Below, piece by piece: positions 1-14,372 of a DNA stretch of 64,000 bases (positions are counted from its first letter, which is position 1; every line of letters begins with the position of its first letter). The stretch is from Octopus vulgaris (taxonomy: Eukaryota): the NCBI GenBank assembly GCA_951406725.2, contig OX597817.1, positions 55,924,001 to 55,988,000 on the forward strand. Direction: 5' to 3'. Made by a program: the position numbers and the translations under genes. Under the pieces are notes generated by a model, which searched no databases, was not told the DNA's origin, and worked only from the letters and a program-made list of their open reading frames with translations.

Positions 1-211
1 ATACATATATACATATACACATATATATGCACAAAAATAGATATACTTACGTGGGAACGTTGCGGGAAAATCATCATGTTATACAATATGTTTGTGATTT
101 CAAAAGCCACTCTACAAATATGTATAGGCATATACACACTAGCAGCTATGTGCACGTATGTATTCTCACACTACACTAAATATGTATAATATATATTACA
201 CACATTACATG

Positions 212-320
<109 letters not shown>

Positions 321-535
321 ATTATCTTTTATTTGTTTCAGTCATTTGCTGGAGCACCGCCTTTAATCAAGTGAATCAACTGCAGAACTTATCCTTTGTA
401 AGACTAGGACTTATCCTATCGTTCTCTTTTGCCAAACCACTAAGTTACGGTGACATAAACACATCAAAATTGTGGACAAACACAGACACACAAACATATA
501 TATGTGTGTGTCTATGCGTATATATATATATATAC

Positions 536-611
<76 letters not shown>

Positions 612-658
612 CAATTATCAACCTATCATCTTTTTATCTATGTCTGTCTACATATATG

Positions 659-705
<47 letters not shown>

Positions 706-925
706 ACATATATAAAATAAATGTATATATTTATAGCTTTATTCGTATATCTGTGTGTGATTGAGCTTGTATATAAATATATTTACGCATGTATGTATAC
801 GTATATTCATACAGATAAACAAATGCACATACATACATGAAGTAATGTATACGTATATGTATATATATGTATGTATTTATGCATGTATGTATGTATGTAT
901 GTATGTATGTATGTATGTATGTATG

Positions 926-972
<47 letters not shown>

Positions 973-1079
973 ATATATATTCAATATTTATATACATATA
1001 TTTGTATGTATATTTATATATATACATGTGCGCAATTTAAGTATATATAGATGAATTGTTATGACAGTGGTAAGCATAC

Positions 1080-1338
1080 ACACATACATACATATTTACA
1101 TACATACACACATACATACATAGATACATGCATACATGCATACATACATACATACTTGCACATACATATCTACAAATACATACATACGTACATACACACA
1201 CACATACATACATACACGCACACATACATACATACATACATACACATACATACATACATACATACATACATACATACATACATACATACATACATACATA
1301 CACACACACATACATACATACATACATACATACATACA

Positions 1339-1372
<34 letters not shown>

Positions 1373-1402
1373 CATACATACATATACATATACATATATA
1401 TT

Positions 1403-1449
<47 letters not shown>

Positions 1450-1468
1450 TATATATATATATACATAC

Positions 1469-1556
<88 letters not shown>
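1080..1556. repeat. (TACA)n/(TA)n compound microsatellite, representative of dozens in the window
   Basis: Direct inspection. Confidence 0.95.
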
Positions 1557-1557
<1 letters not shown>

Positions 1558-1981
1558 TGGAGTCATTCTTGTTGTTTATTTTGATTATAATCAAAGATTA
1601 TAATCACAGATATATATATATATATACATATATTTTATGTATGTATAATATACCTATGTACATTTACATATACACAGGAGAGGGTGGCTATGTGATAAGT
1701 AGTTTCCTTACCAACCGCATGGTTCCATGTTCAGTCCCACTGTGTCTCTCCTTGAGCTAGTGTGTTCTACGTCCCCGACCGAAGCCTTGTAATGGATTTG
1801 ATGGACGGAAACTTGAAACCCTTCGAAGTTCATGTGTTTGTCAAACATCACTTGACTACCGATGCCGTCCCCGTATTAGAAGTTCAATCCGATACAATAA
1901 GACCTGGTTTCGATTTGCTCGACTAAATGGCGTGCCCCAGCATGGTCGCAGTCAAATGACTGATACAAGTAAAAGAATAAA

Positions 1982-2039
<58 letters not shown>

Positions 2040-2542
2040 ATATATGAATACATATACATGGATATAGATTTATATCAGTGTATACATACACATAGACAGG
2101 CACATATCATACACAGACACAGACATACACAGACTTTAATACACGCAGACACAGGCTCACATACAGGCACACACACGCATTCACACACACACTGGTAAGT
2201 GGTGTTGGTAAATGAGTGCACAAAAAATTCCATCGTATGTGTGTGTATATATATATATATATATGTTTGTTTCCATTCATGTATGCTTATATATGTATGT
2301 GTATGAATGTATGTAAAAATGTATTGTGTATGTATGTATTTATGTAACCTTGTGTATGCTTTTTCTATCACAGCAGCATGGAAACCGCTGTCGTTTGGTT
2401 TATGTCCCTCTAACTTAGCAGCTCTGCATAGAGTGCCCGATAGATATGTACTAGTTTTAGAAAAATACGAATCATTGTTATTACGGAAGATTTGTTCGAC
2501 TAAACCAGTCAACCTTTGTTAAGACCGCTATATATATGAGCT

Positions 2543-2626
<84 letters not shown>

Positions 2627-2788
2627 CATATAAATTTATGTACGTATACGCATATATGTATATATATACACGCACGCACACACACACAAACCACACAAAT
2701 ATATACATACTTATGACTGAAATAAGTAAAAGAATGAATATATATATATATATACACACACACACATACATATTTGTATGTTTATTCG

Positions 2789-2849
<61 letters not shown>

Positions 2850-2850
2850 C

Positions 2851-2934
<84 letters not shown>

Positions 2935-3293
2935 ACGTAATGTATTCAGGTATGTATGTGTTCGTATAATATATCCATGACATTGAGTTACGTTTGATAA
3001 AGCTCAGCAACTTCTTATGAAAATATGAACGTCATCATTATCATAATCTTTTATTTTGATTTTTCTTTTTGCCTTGTTCTTTTTCTTTTTCTTATTCTTT
3101 TTCTACGTCTCGTATCATAGAGGAAATCTTAATCATCAGCATCATCACCGTCATCGTAATCGTCATCCGTCACTTCAAATGTCAACGATTTATGCAACGT
3201 AATATCCACGCCACCCACGCAAGTAGTGTCAACCGCTAAAAGACCATCCTGTCAACATCGCTATCAATACACACACACACACGCATGTATATA

Positions 3294-3409
<116 letters not shown>

Positions 3410-3505
3410 TGTGCGTGTGTGTATGTATGTATATATATCAATGTATATATATATATATGTATATATATATATGTATATATATCTATGCATATATATATAT
3501 ATGTA

Positions 3506-3576
<71 letters not shown>

Positions 3577-3831
3577 ACATAAACATATATATGCATATGG
3601 ATATGTGTATGTATGTATGCATTAATATATAAATACATATTGATGCATGCATATACCTACATATGTATAGATATATATTCATATACATATAAAAATATAA
3701 ACAAATATGCGTATATATATATATGTATTACGTGCATATATATATATTTATATATATATATATATATATATACCATGCGTATATTATCTAAATAATATTA
3801 TATAATATATATGTGTGTTTGTGTATGTATG

Positions 3832-3884
<53 letters not shown>

Positions 3885-3999
3885 TACATACATGCATATG
3901 TGTGTGTACACCCATATATTATAATTGTCTATTTCTGATAGTATCCAGACTGAAGGCTTAATGGAAAATACATATAAACACGCTAACATACTTAGACAT

Positions 4000-4030
<31 letters not shown>

Positions 4031-4284
4031 CACACATACACGCACGCACACTCGCACACACATTGCCATACACCCATATAAACAACTACCCCATATTATT
4101 TACCATTTATTTTAATGATTTTACTTTTCAATATGTAAACTTAATTTTTCGGAAATATTAAACGAATTTATTTCAATATGACCGAGGTTCCTAGCCTCCA
4201 CTTCAACAAACAATATATATAAATGTGCATTTTTATCTGTATGTGTATACGTTTGTATATGGAGGGTTTGAGTGTATATATATA

Positions 4285-4343
<59 letters not shown>

Positions 4344-4461
4344 ATTAATGTGCTCCTGTCTCAAATCTTTGAACGTGCAGATGGCGAACCACGGATATCG
4401 GTATAAATTCACTTATGCATAGGTATTTGTTCCTAAATAATACTGTAATTCTCTCTCTCCT

Positions 4462-4506
<45 letters not shown>

Positions 4507-4643
4507 CTCGATATATGTATGTGTATATATATATGTATGTACAATTATGTATGTATATATACATAAATGCATACATGTATACATATATGTCTTTGAGTGT
4601 GTGTTTGTGTGCGTGCATGTGCATGTTTATCTATATGTGTGTA

Positions 4644-4687
<44 letters not shown>

Positions 4688-4713
4688 CATACATACATAC
4701 ATACATAAGTATA

Positions 4714-5635
4714 CTCGGTGCGGTGAACAAACTGTCGTCTAAATTACGCGAAAAAGAAAATAACACTGACGTCTCATTTTTACAGATATATTTACCAAAA
4801 CTACATTAAAATATCTTGAAGTACTAACGAGTAAATTTATTCAATAAAATCACCATTGGCTTCAACCACAGCCTCCAGACGACTTCGGAATCTCCTACAA
4901 CTTTTCTGGACGGTCTCCTTGTTTAAGTTGGTGAATGCTGCCATAATGCTCGCCTTCAGTTCATGGTGTTACAAGGAGTTTTGTTGTCTCTTGCTCAACT
5001 GCGTCCCATATATTATAACCAAGTGGATTGAAGTCTAGGGAGTTAGGTGGCCAGATTTTAGGGGTGATGTGGTCGCAGAAATTGTCTGATAGCCATGACT
5101 GGGTTCTCTTGCTTGCGTGGCATAGTGCAGAGTCCTGTTTCCAGACATAGGGTCTTCCAGCAGCCACTCTCTTGACCCACGGCAGCACTACCTCCTGCAG
5201 GCACTTGATGTAGGCCTCCGTGTTGAGTGCGAGGTCATGTGGGAAGATGAATGGCGGCGTAATGTCATCATCACTAGTAATCACTCCAAACACTATGACG
5301 TTGACTGGATGTGTTTTTACCACTCTCGGTACATGTTTTGGGAACTCACCAAGCCAACGGTTGCTCTGTGTGTTCAGCATCTGACCCTCGCAGAATCTTT
5401 TCCCGTCTGAGAAAAACCAAAGCAAGTTCGGTTGGAGGGGATGCTTAAGTTTGTTCAAAATCTTCGTAGCACGGTCTTTCCTTTTCTCCTTGATGGCTTG
5501 GGTTAAACATCGGCCCCTTTTTGTACCGACGTTGCCCAACTACCATACTGTGTAGTCGACAAAATGAAAAGCAAACAATGCGCATGCACGAAATTAAAAT
5601 ATATAAAATGGCGACAATCTAAACATCGCACCTTG
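4714..5635 (-). mobile_element. Internally deleted Tc1/mariner-superfamily transposon (DD37D, maT-like)
   Basis: ORF 4961-5539 has WFFSD, VFGVI, QDSALCH and WPPNSLDFNPLGY. There are 37 residues between the second D and the third-D position, which is now G. Degenerate TIRs CTCGGTGCGGTG...TGTCG / CGACA...CATCGCACCTTG. Confidence 0.8.
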
Positions 5636-5889
5636 AACCGTTATCCAGTCATTGAAACAAAGCATTCCAGCTCAGTCGATCAATTTGATTTCAGTTCTCA
5701 TTTTTTAAAACCCGGTCCATATTGCGTCGGTTACGCTTAGCGAGCCACTAGTTTGAAGTGATTTACACAAACAAACAAACACCGCCTAACTCTCGGTGCA
5801 TTAAAGACACAAACAAACAAACACCGCCTAACTCTCGGTGCATTTCAAAGAGGATATAAATATATGTTCTACTTTTCTTATTGTCTCTC

Positions 5890-5935
<46 letters not shown>

Positions 5936-6239
5936 CACACACACATACATAACACAAAAAATATGTTTTCATACAGTTATTAATATCTCATTATTCTTCT
6001 GTATCGTTCAATCACACGCAACTGTGTGTGTGTGTGTGTATGTATATAGGCGCAGGAGTAGCTGTGTGGTAAGAAATTTGCTACCCAACCACATGGTTCC
6101 AGGTTCAGTCCCACTGCGTGGCACCTTCGGCAAATGTCTTCTACTATAGCCTCGGGCCGACCAAAACCTTGTGAGTGGATTTAGTAGACGGAAACTGAAA
6201 GAAGTCCGTCGTATATATATGTATGTACGCATGTATATG

Positions 6240-6305
<66 letters not shown>

Positions 6306-7193
6306 CAAATAACAAAGGAACAGGAAATTATGTAATGAATTTCATTAGCTTACTGATGTTTCTGCTATGAGATGCAGTGCGCACAGAGATAAGTCTTTGT
6401 GCCTCCCTTTCTAACTTCCAAGGAGAGGAAGCAGTCTTGGAAAATTTCGCAAAGTTACTGTGTGAAATGTAAATAGCGAAGACTTCGCTATTTGCACTGA
6501 TTTGTTATTCTAACAGCATCTACACACGCACTCACACACACACACACATACACACATATATATATATACACACACAGATATACACACACCTATACGCACA
6601 CACACACATACACACATATATATATATATATATATACACATAGATACACACATACACTCACTCACACATGTATGCACACACATATATATACATACACGCA
6701 CATTTATACATACACACGCATATTCACTCACATATACATATACACACACATTCACACACACACATATATATATATACACGCGCGCGCACACTCACTTACA
6801 CACAAGCACACACACATACACGCGCGCACATATATATACACACACGCGCGCACATATAGAAATACACACACACTTATTCACCCACATACACACATACACA
6901 CACATATACACTTACACTCACATACAAACACATACATACGTGTGCGACAAGCTTCCGCATAGTATCCTTGCACCAAATTCACTAAGTTGTAATTCAGACC
7001 AGAGGGTCAGGAAGCACTTGCCCAATGTGCCACATAGTGAGATTGAAACCGTAAACGGTTTTATCTACACTTCAATTCTGCGACCATTTGTTCTTCTCCA
7101 CAATATAGAATGTGGTATTTCGAGAGTGATTTGACCGCTATTTCAAGCATTTTACAGAACCACGTAGGGGCTCCTCTCTTTGGTGATACTGAT

Positions 7194-7591
7194 TTGTTTG
7201 TTTCTTTGTTGAGCGAAGCGGTCTTCGTCCCCGAGCTCGCAAGTTCGTGCCTCAGGATTATCTGTAGAAATCTTAAACGTGGTCCTTTGCTATTCGTAAG
7301 ACCCGCAGATGAGAAAGCAGGTCAACCCCCGACACTGAGAGCATCGACGGATGGATGAATGCGCATCCAGGCTGTTGCGTAGGAAGTCGGGGGCAAGAAA
7401 CAGGAAGAAAGAGTGAGAGAAAGTTGGAGCGAAAGAGTACAACAGGGGTCGCCACCACCCCCTGCCGGAGCCTCGTGGAGCTTTAGGTGTTTTCGCTCAA
7501 TAAACACACACAACGCCCGGTCTGGAAATCGAAACCGTGATCCTCTGACCGCGAATCTGCTGGCCTAACCACTGGGCCATTGCGCCTCCAC
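7194..7591 (-). mobile_element. tRNA-derived SINE family C with 14-bp TSD and (AAAC)n tail
   Basis: Head GGAGGCGCAATGGCCCAGTGGTTAGG...GGTTTCGATTTCC; TSD TTGGTGAT(A/G)CTGAT. Confidence 0.8.
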
Positions 7592-7922
7592 TTGGTGATG
7601 CTGATGATTATGATAGTGGTATTGTTGATAATGATGATGCTGATGATAATGACAACTTTCTTTCTTTGTATTTTCAGGAGTTGCGCCCTAACTATCCTAC
7701 ATCCAGACCAACCAAGGAACCAACAAACCAGCTATTCAGGTCAGACTTAACAAAGCATCTCGCTTTCATTTTATTTCTCATTTGAACACGAATTCCACCC
7801 CACCCTTTCCTCAGCGATCACACAACATACAAAACTTTAAATAAATCTTTCGTGTTCTCACTGTTGCACATTTGAACCCATCAGGCTTTCAAGATAAAAT
7901 ATATTTAATGATATAACTATCG

Positions 7923-8175
7923 TGGAAGCTAGTGGCTAAGTGGTTAGGGTGTCAGCACCAGAATCGTAAGATTGTTGTTTCGATTCATGGACCGGGCAAC
8001 GCGTTGTGTTCTTGAGCAAAACACTTCATTTCACGTTGCTCCAGTTCACTAAGCTGGCAAAAATGAGTAACGCTGCGATGGACTGGCGTCCCGTCCAGCT
8101 GAGGAACACATACGCCATAGAAACCGGGAAAACGCTCTGATGAGCATGGCTAGGCTTTAAAAGGGCGCATTTATT
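7923..8175 (+). mobile_element. tRNA-derived SINE with CORE-like block
   Basis: TGGCTAAGTGGTTAGG head; GTGTTCTTGAGCAAAACACTTCATTTCAC; CTGCGATGGACTGGCGTCCCGTCCAG. Confidence 0.7.
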
Positions 8176-8941
8176 TTTTTCATTATTAATATAACCATTA
8201 GATGTACCAGTAATTACACTTAAATCAGTAATTATTGTGGTGAATTAGTTTAGATATGACAGCGTTGGATTGAACACTTCATGGTGTATGTCGAGTTACT
8301 TGCTCCCTGGTTTCAAATCACGCGGATGTTACGGTCCATCTCTTCGCAGTTTGACACAAAAGATCTACTCCAAGGCGATGAAATTAGGGAACTACAGAGC
8401 GTCGGACTAGGTCCTTAATGGGGGTGGGATTTTTCCTTCTTTTCTTGGGAAAGCATAGTAATGACCTTTTCCTTGGACAAACATCAGTATCTTGGAGAGG
8501 GGGAGAGAATTACAAGCTTGGACAGCTACCAACCCTACACAAGCGCAAAACTGTGTTTGGCCCCGCGTTTATCTTGGAATATCATGGAATATTGCTCCCC
8601 AAGGAGCAATAATTTCATAAATGTACGGTGCCTCTACATTTACAGGTAGTTTTATCTTTTATTCGTTTCCGTCGCTAGATGCGACCATGCGCGGGCACCA
8701 CCGAAAAAAAATTGAGTTGAACGCATCAACCCAAGTGCATCTTTTTTACGTTGGTAGTTATACTCTGTCGGTTTCTCTGCTGAACCGCTAAAGACGAAAA
8801 CACACCAACAACGGTTGTCAAGTTTTGGTGGGGGGGACAAACATAGACACAAAAACACACACACGTACAGACACACGTACACACACATATATTAATATAC
8901 ATATACATACACACACACACATACACACACACACACACATG

Positions 8942-8992
<51 letters not shown>

Positions 8993-8997
8993 GTATG

Positions 8998-9034
<37 letters not shown>

Positions 9035-9189
9035 ATATATATATTAAGAAATGAGTTTAGCTGTTTCTGAAGCTTAACCGGAACCTTTAGTTGCTGCGGA
9101 TTGAATCTGCGCTTGCGCCGAGGATTAGAAAAATTACAATATAAAAGGATGAGAGACGTGTTATTTGGTCTCTAATTTATATGTTAGTG

Positions 9190-9276
9190 TTTTGGCGGAT
9201 CCACTGATGAGAACTTCGCGTTGCAAATTATTTTATTTGTTAATTAAAGTTCGAAACCTAAGGTCCGGCTGTAAAA
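9190..9276 (+). ncRNA. Type I hammerhead ribozyme (slightly decayed stem I)
   Basis: CCA-CTGATGA-GAACTT...AAGTTC-GAAA-CCTAAGG-TC^CGG: perfect 6-bp stem II; element flanked by (TA)n at ~9000 and ~9411. Confidence 0.7.
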
Positions 9277-9407
9277 CATGGTAAATGTTTTTATTTTTTA
9301 TTCCCTTTGAAATTGCCCCTATCTGTGGTTTGGACTTTTTGACTGTTCTTTCTAGTATGCTAGGCAACCCGTTAAGGCTTGTCTCTTTGTAGTTAAATGT
9401 ACACTAA

Positions 9408-9447
<40 letters not shown>

Positions 9448-10017
9448 TGGGGATTCTTTCTATTTCCGTCTACCAAATCCACTCACAAGTATTTAATCGG
9501 CCAAAATCTACAATAGAAGACACTTCTCAAAATGTCACGCAGTGGAACTGAACCCAAAACCATGTAGTTAGGAAACAAACACCTTACCACACTGTTACGC
9601 CTCCGTGAATATCTCCTCATTGCTTTCACAACTTGAGTGAAGGCTTGTTTTTAAGGAGGTCAGACTAAGAAGGTTATGTATCCGGTGCTCGTCTTGCTCG
9701 TATTGCTAGAATAAATAGGAATTACCGTTAGATATTGATTAATATCGTTCGGTTATTAGCACAGAGTTTTTTATTGTTAGCGATTTTAATATAAAAATTG
9801 AACCATCAATGTAAATTAACACTAACGTAACTGTGACTCTATAACGGATCGAAAAATATGCGTTCATACAGGCAGCAGGTAACTGCTGGCAGTGAAACTT
9901 ATAGACCGGAAGTGAGACATTCAGTGCAGACAGACAGAAATACTGACATGCAGATATAAAGTACATAATGTATGAAACAAAGAGACCGTGCGAACAACAA
10001 TGATATTGAAGGGACAA

Positions 10018-10382
10018 AGCTGGCAGAAACGTTAGCACGCCAGGCGAAATGCTTTGTGGTATTTCGTCCGCCGCTACGTTCCGAGTTCAAATTCCGCCGA
10101 GGTCGACTTTGCCTTTCATTTTTTCGGGGTTGATTAAATGAGTACCAGTTACGCACTGGGGTCGATGTAATCGACTTAATACCTTTGTCTGTCCTTGTTT
10201 GTCCGCTCTGTGTTTAGCCCCTTGTGGGTAGTAAAGAAATAGGTATCTCGTCTGTCTTTACGTTCTGAGTTCAAATTCTGTCGAGGTCGATTATGCCTTT
10301 CATTCTTTCAAGATCGATAAATTAAGTACCAGTTACGTACTGGGGGCCATCTTATCGACTGCCCCCTCCCCAAAAATTTCGG
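10018..10382 (+). mobile_element. SINE family A, composite form
   Basis: Same two-block layout as 42709-43119. Confidence 0.8.
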
Positions 10383-10399
10383 ATAACTCGGTTCACCAA

Positions 10400-11815
10400 A
10401 GAACTTAAAATGGAGGATCCCTGAAATGTTTAGAAATTTCCACTTCGCCGTTAAAAGTGTTGTGTATGGAGAATGTGAATCGGTTTGCTCTGTTCTGTTT
10501 TGGAAATCCCTAGCATGTCAAATTTTTTACGCAGAACTCTTGTTACATAGTCCAGGGCCCCGATGTTAAAAGGTCCAAACGAAAATCAATAATCTGGATA
10601 CAAGAGAAATAGGTTTTTCGTTAGTCTCCCATAGACGTTTCTCCCTTTTCCCTAACTTTTGACGAGATATTCCCTTCCACCTGTCAGCTGGTTTCTACAA
10701 CATTGCATGACTTTTGCTCCCTGTCAAATACAACAATATCTGCTCTGTTGTGTTTATATCGTCTTGTTGGTTTTACGGCAATGTTCTACAATTATTTTTT
10801 ATTATTATTTTTAAAGGTATGGACACTTCCTGGTCGTAGTGTGCTTTTAGTATGGCTGTCATGACAGTTCTTCTTGCGTTTAACTTTGTCGTTGGTCTCA
10901 GTGACGATGTCATATACGGGAAAGTAGGATTTTGCCGACATTTTTAGACAGCTGATAATTCATGCGATATCTTCCATACTGCTATCGTACAATCGATATT
11001 TTCAATCATAGATTTAGAGACACTTTTTACTCTCCTGTTGACCATGGTATTTACTATCTATCCCCTGTTCTTGGATAACAAAAGCGTAATCTATTTCTTT
11101 TTTCTTTACTACTCACAAGGGGCTAAACACAGAGAGGACAAACAAGGACAGTCAGACGAATTAAGTCGATTACATCGACCCCAGTGCATAACTGGTGCTT
11201 AATTTATCGATCCCGAAAGGATGAAAGGCAAAGTCGATCTCGGCGGAATTTGAACTCAGAACGTAGCGGCAGACGAAATACCGCAGAGCATTTCGCCTGG
11301 CGTGCTAACGTTTCTGCCAGCTCGCCACCTACACAAAAGCGTAATCTGATAGGAGAGATGTGACGCATGAATCGCCGGCCCAAGAGAGTATACTATTCCT
11401 ATCAATATTGTTGGTATTCTCAAACTGGCGGGATATGTACCCATGCATATCTTTCTGCTAGTATGATGAGCGTTTCTCAATCTAGTCAGCCTTGGTTTAC
11501 GTGGAACTGCAGTTCTCTTTGAAAACCTCTTAAAGAGTTCTTCGTTCGATCTAATTATGTTATTAACATCACTGCTGAATATACGCTCGGTGGACTCATT
11601 TCCCTCTTTAATCTTCAGTTTGCGTTGTCGAGGTGTCACGATGCGGCACTTAAAAGAACTGGTTTATACTTCTATCTCCATCCCTTCATTAAACATAGAT
11701 CTTATCAGGGTCACTGTTTACTTGGAATTTATCAGTGGTTGCAGTATCTTCCTCGTCCCTATGTCGAAGTTCCCAATTTCATCATGTACCCAGTCCAGTG
11801 TCCTAAATGTTGACA
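10400..11815 (-). mobile_element. Decayed RLE-type non-LTR retrotransposon (R4/Dong-like) 3' region
   Basis: Minus-strand fragments LDWVHDEIGNFDIGTRKIL, NSDPDKIY, AFVIQEQ, KYRLYDSSMEDIA*IISC (eroded zinc knuckle), HNRADIVVFDREQK (PD..D endonuclease region), LYPDY, IGALDYV. Interrupted by a SINE. Confidence 0.7.
11093..11332 (-). mobile_element. tRNA-derived SINE family A with 15-bp TSD
   Basis: Head GGCGAGCTGGCAGAAACGTTAG, B-box GAGTTCAAATTCC; TSD ACAAAAGCGTAATCT at 11078-11092 and 11333-11347. Confidence 0.9.
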
Positions 11816-11837
11816 CTATATTTGTCTGTCTGTCTGT

Positions 11838-11899
<62 letters not shown>

Positions 11900-12298
11900 G
11901 TCTGTCTATCTATCTTTCTATGTAAGTATCTATCTATCAATTCATCTGTCTATCTATTTATGTATATTTGTATGTATATATATATATATATACCCATACG
12001 TGTGTACACACACAGACATTCACGGACACAGATACGCATATAGTCTTATATAAGACTAGCAATATATTTTGAAGGGAGGGTGAAGCGATTGCATCGACCC
12101 CAATGCTCAACTGGTACTTACTTTATCGGACCCTAAAGGATGAAGGGGAAAAAATGGACCCCGGTGACATTTGAACTCCGAACGCAGAGAGCCGGAAAAA
12201 AATGCAATTAAGCATTATTTTCTAACGTGCTAACGATATTCTCAGCTCACCGCATAGTACTATGATGAGTGTGTGTGTGTGTGTGAGTGTGTGTGTAT

Positions 12299-12404
<106 letters not shown>

Positions 12405-12889
12405 AAACACAAAGGAAGCGAGGGAGATGATGGCGTCACTTAGTTTTTAAAGACACGAGTACAGCGAAATGTAAGCATTAATTGCGTCCGATTATTTAAT
12501 CGTTAACTAGTCAAACTATGAATAACTACAAAGGTAATTTACTTCTCGTTTCAACGAAGTCAGTTTAACCACAAAAATATGATTAATATAATGGATATAT
12601 TGACAGTATTAATAAAGTAAGCAAATTAATGCTACTTTTAAGATATATTTGAAAAAGAAAACTGCTTTAATTTTAATATTCTTCATCATACAACGTTATT
12701 AAGACTTGCTGTTAATATCTACTTGATTACATTCATTCCAAGATCTTTTGTGTTTGGCAAACTTAAAAAGATTTTCATCAAAGTCGCCATCGAGAATTGT
12801 CCAATTACATAAGCTGAACTGGTCTTTCCGTTCTGTTAGCTGCAGAATCTTGATACTCAGTAACTGCTGAGCGCCATTTTGTGAATATC

Positions 12890-13385
12890 TGTTTCTTTAT
12901 TACCCACAAGGGGCCAAACATAGAGGGGACAAACAAGGACAGACAGACGGATTAAGTCGATTACATCGACCCCAGTGCGTGGCTGGTACTTAATTTATCG
13001 ACCCCGAAAGGATGAAAGGCAAAGTCGACCTCGGTGGAATTTGAACTCACAACGTAACGGCGGACGAAATACCGCAGAGCATTTCGCCCGGCGTGCTAAT
13101 ATTTCTGCCAGCTCGCCGCCTTATTTGAACTCACAATGTAACGGCGGATGAAATACCTATTTCTTTACTACTCACAAGGGGCTAAACACAAAGGGGACAA
13201 ACAAGGACAGACATAGGTATTAAGTCGATTACATCGACCCCAGTGCGTAACTGGTACTTAATTTATCGACCCCGAAAGGATGAAAGGCAAAATCGACCAA
13301 GGCGGAATTTGAACGAACGTAACGGCAGACGAAATACGGCGCATTTCGACCGGCGTGCTAACGATTCAGCCAGCTCACCGCCCTC
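12890..13385 (-). mobile_element. Tandem dimer of SINE family A within one 16-bp TSD
   Basis: Two family A copies; CCATTTTGTGAATATC at 12874-12889 and 13386-13401. Confidence 0.85.
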
Positions 13386-13429
13386 CCATTTTGTGAATAT
13401 CGCTAATATAAACTGGGGATTATTTTGAC

Positions 13430-13790
13430 AGCAGTGATGTGATGGATCAATACATTCATCTATGGACGGTGTAAAACTGGAGTTCGAATGGTGTGGACAA
13501 TTTGAACGACTTTCGACAGTTTTGCCATTTGTGGATCTGTTTCAATACCATGAAAAAATCGACAAAAGAATTTTAGGATTTTGAGTTAAAGAAAAAGTAG
13601 ATTTTTCTTAAAAAACGAAACCCACGTGCCTACATTTACTTCGCACAAGAGAAAGAGAATTGGACAAAGACAAGCTGATCCCAAAATGTTTTGGTTGGAT
13701 GAGTTTAAGATTAGTTTTTTTCGATTTTGCGAGTGGAACATCTATTAAACATCGTGTAAGTCCAGCCTGTTTGGAAACTTTGTAGATGAG
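13430..13790 (+). pseudogene. Possible heavily decayed Tc1-like transposase relic
   Basis: FAQEKENWTK then, after a frameshift, MFWLDEFKI, resembling the Tc1 pattern FA..H..WT...W..VLWSDESKF. Confidence 0.3.
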
Positions 13791-13981
13791 TTTGTCGTTT
13801 GAGTCACACGTGGAATTTTCAGTGTGACGATGATCGGTTGAAGTTTACCACAGAAATAATCGAGAAATTCACCCAAAAAGCAGGAAAATCAGAATATTGC
13901 AGAGACCAATGTCACTCCAACATGTATATATATAAGACTATACGTGTATGTGTGTGCCTGTGTATACACACCCACTTCCAC

Positions 13982-14021
<40 letters not shown>

Positions 14022-14225
14022 TACAAAATTAGAATGTGGAACACATTCTTCGTGGAAAATGACGAATTTGACATCTATATCTACCATATAGCCTGTCCAT
14101 TTTTTTAGAGTTCAATCCTCTAAATGTTGTATGTAGAAAACATTTTTAATCTTCAGATTTTTTAAAATATGCTAGGCCACTGGTTGTAATTGATTAATAT
14201 CAATTTCTACCCTTATTTAATTATA

Positions 14226-14372
<147 letters not shown>

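Noticed and set aside
5765-5843. 43-bp direct tandem duplication
   Set aside because: Two copies of a small repeat fragment; an ordinary local duplication.
6340-6500. Minus-strand relic ending AGCA-GAAA-CATCAG-TA-AGCTAATGAA, similar to 16675-16702
   Set aside because: Probably the same family, but the CUGANGA core is unrecognisable, so it is not called a ribozyme.
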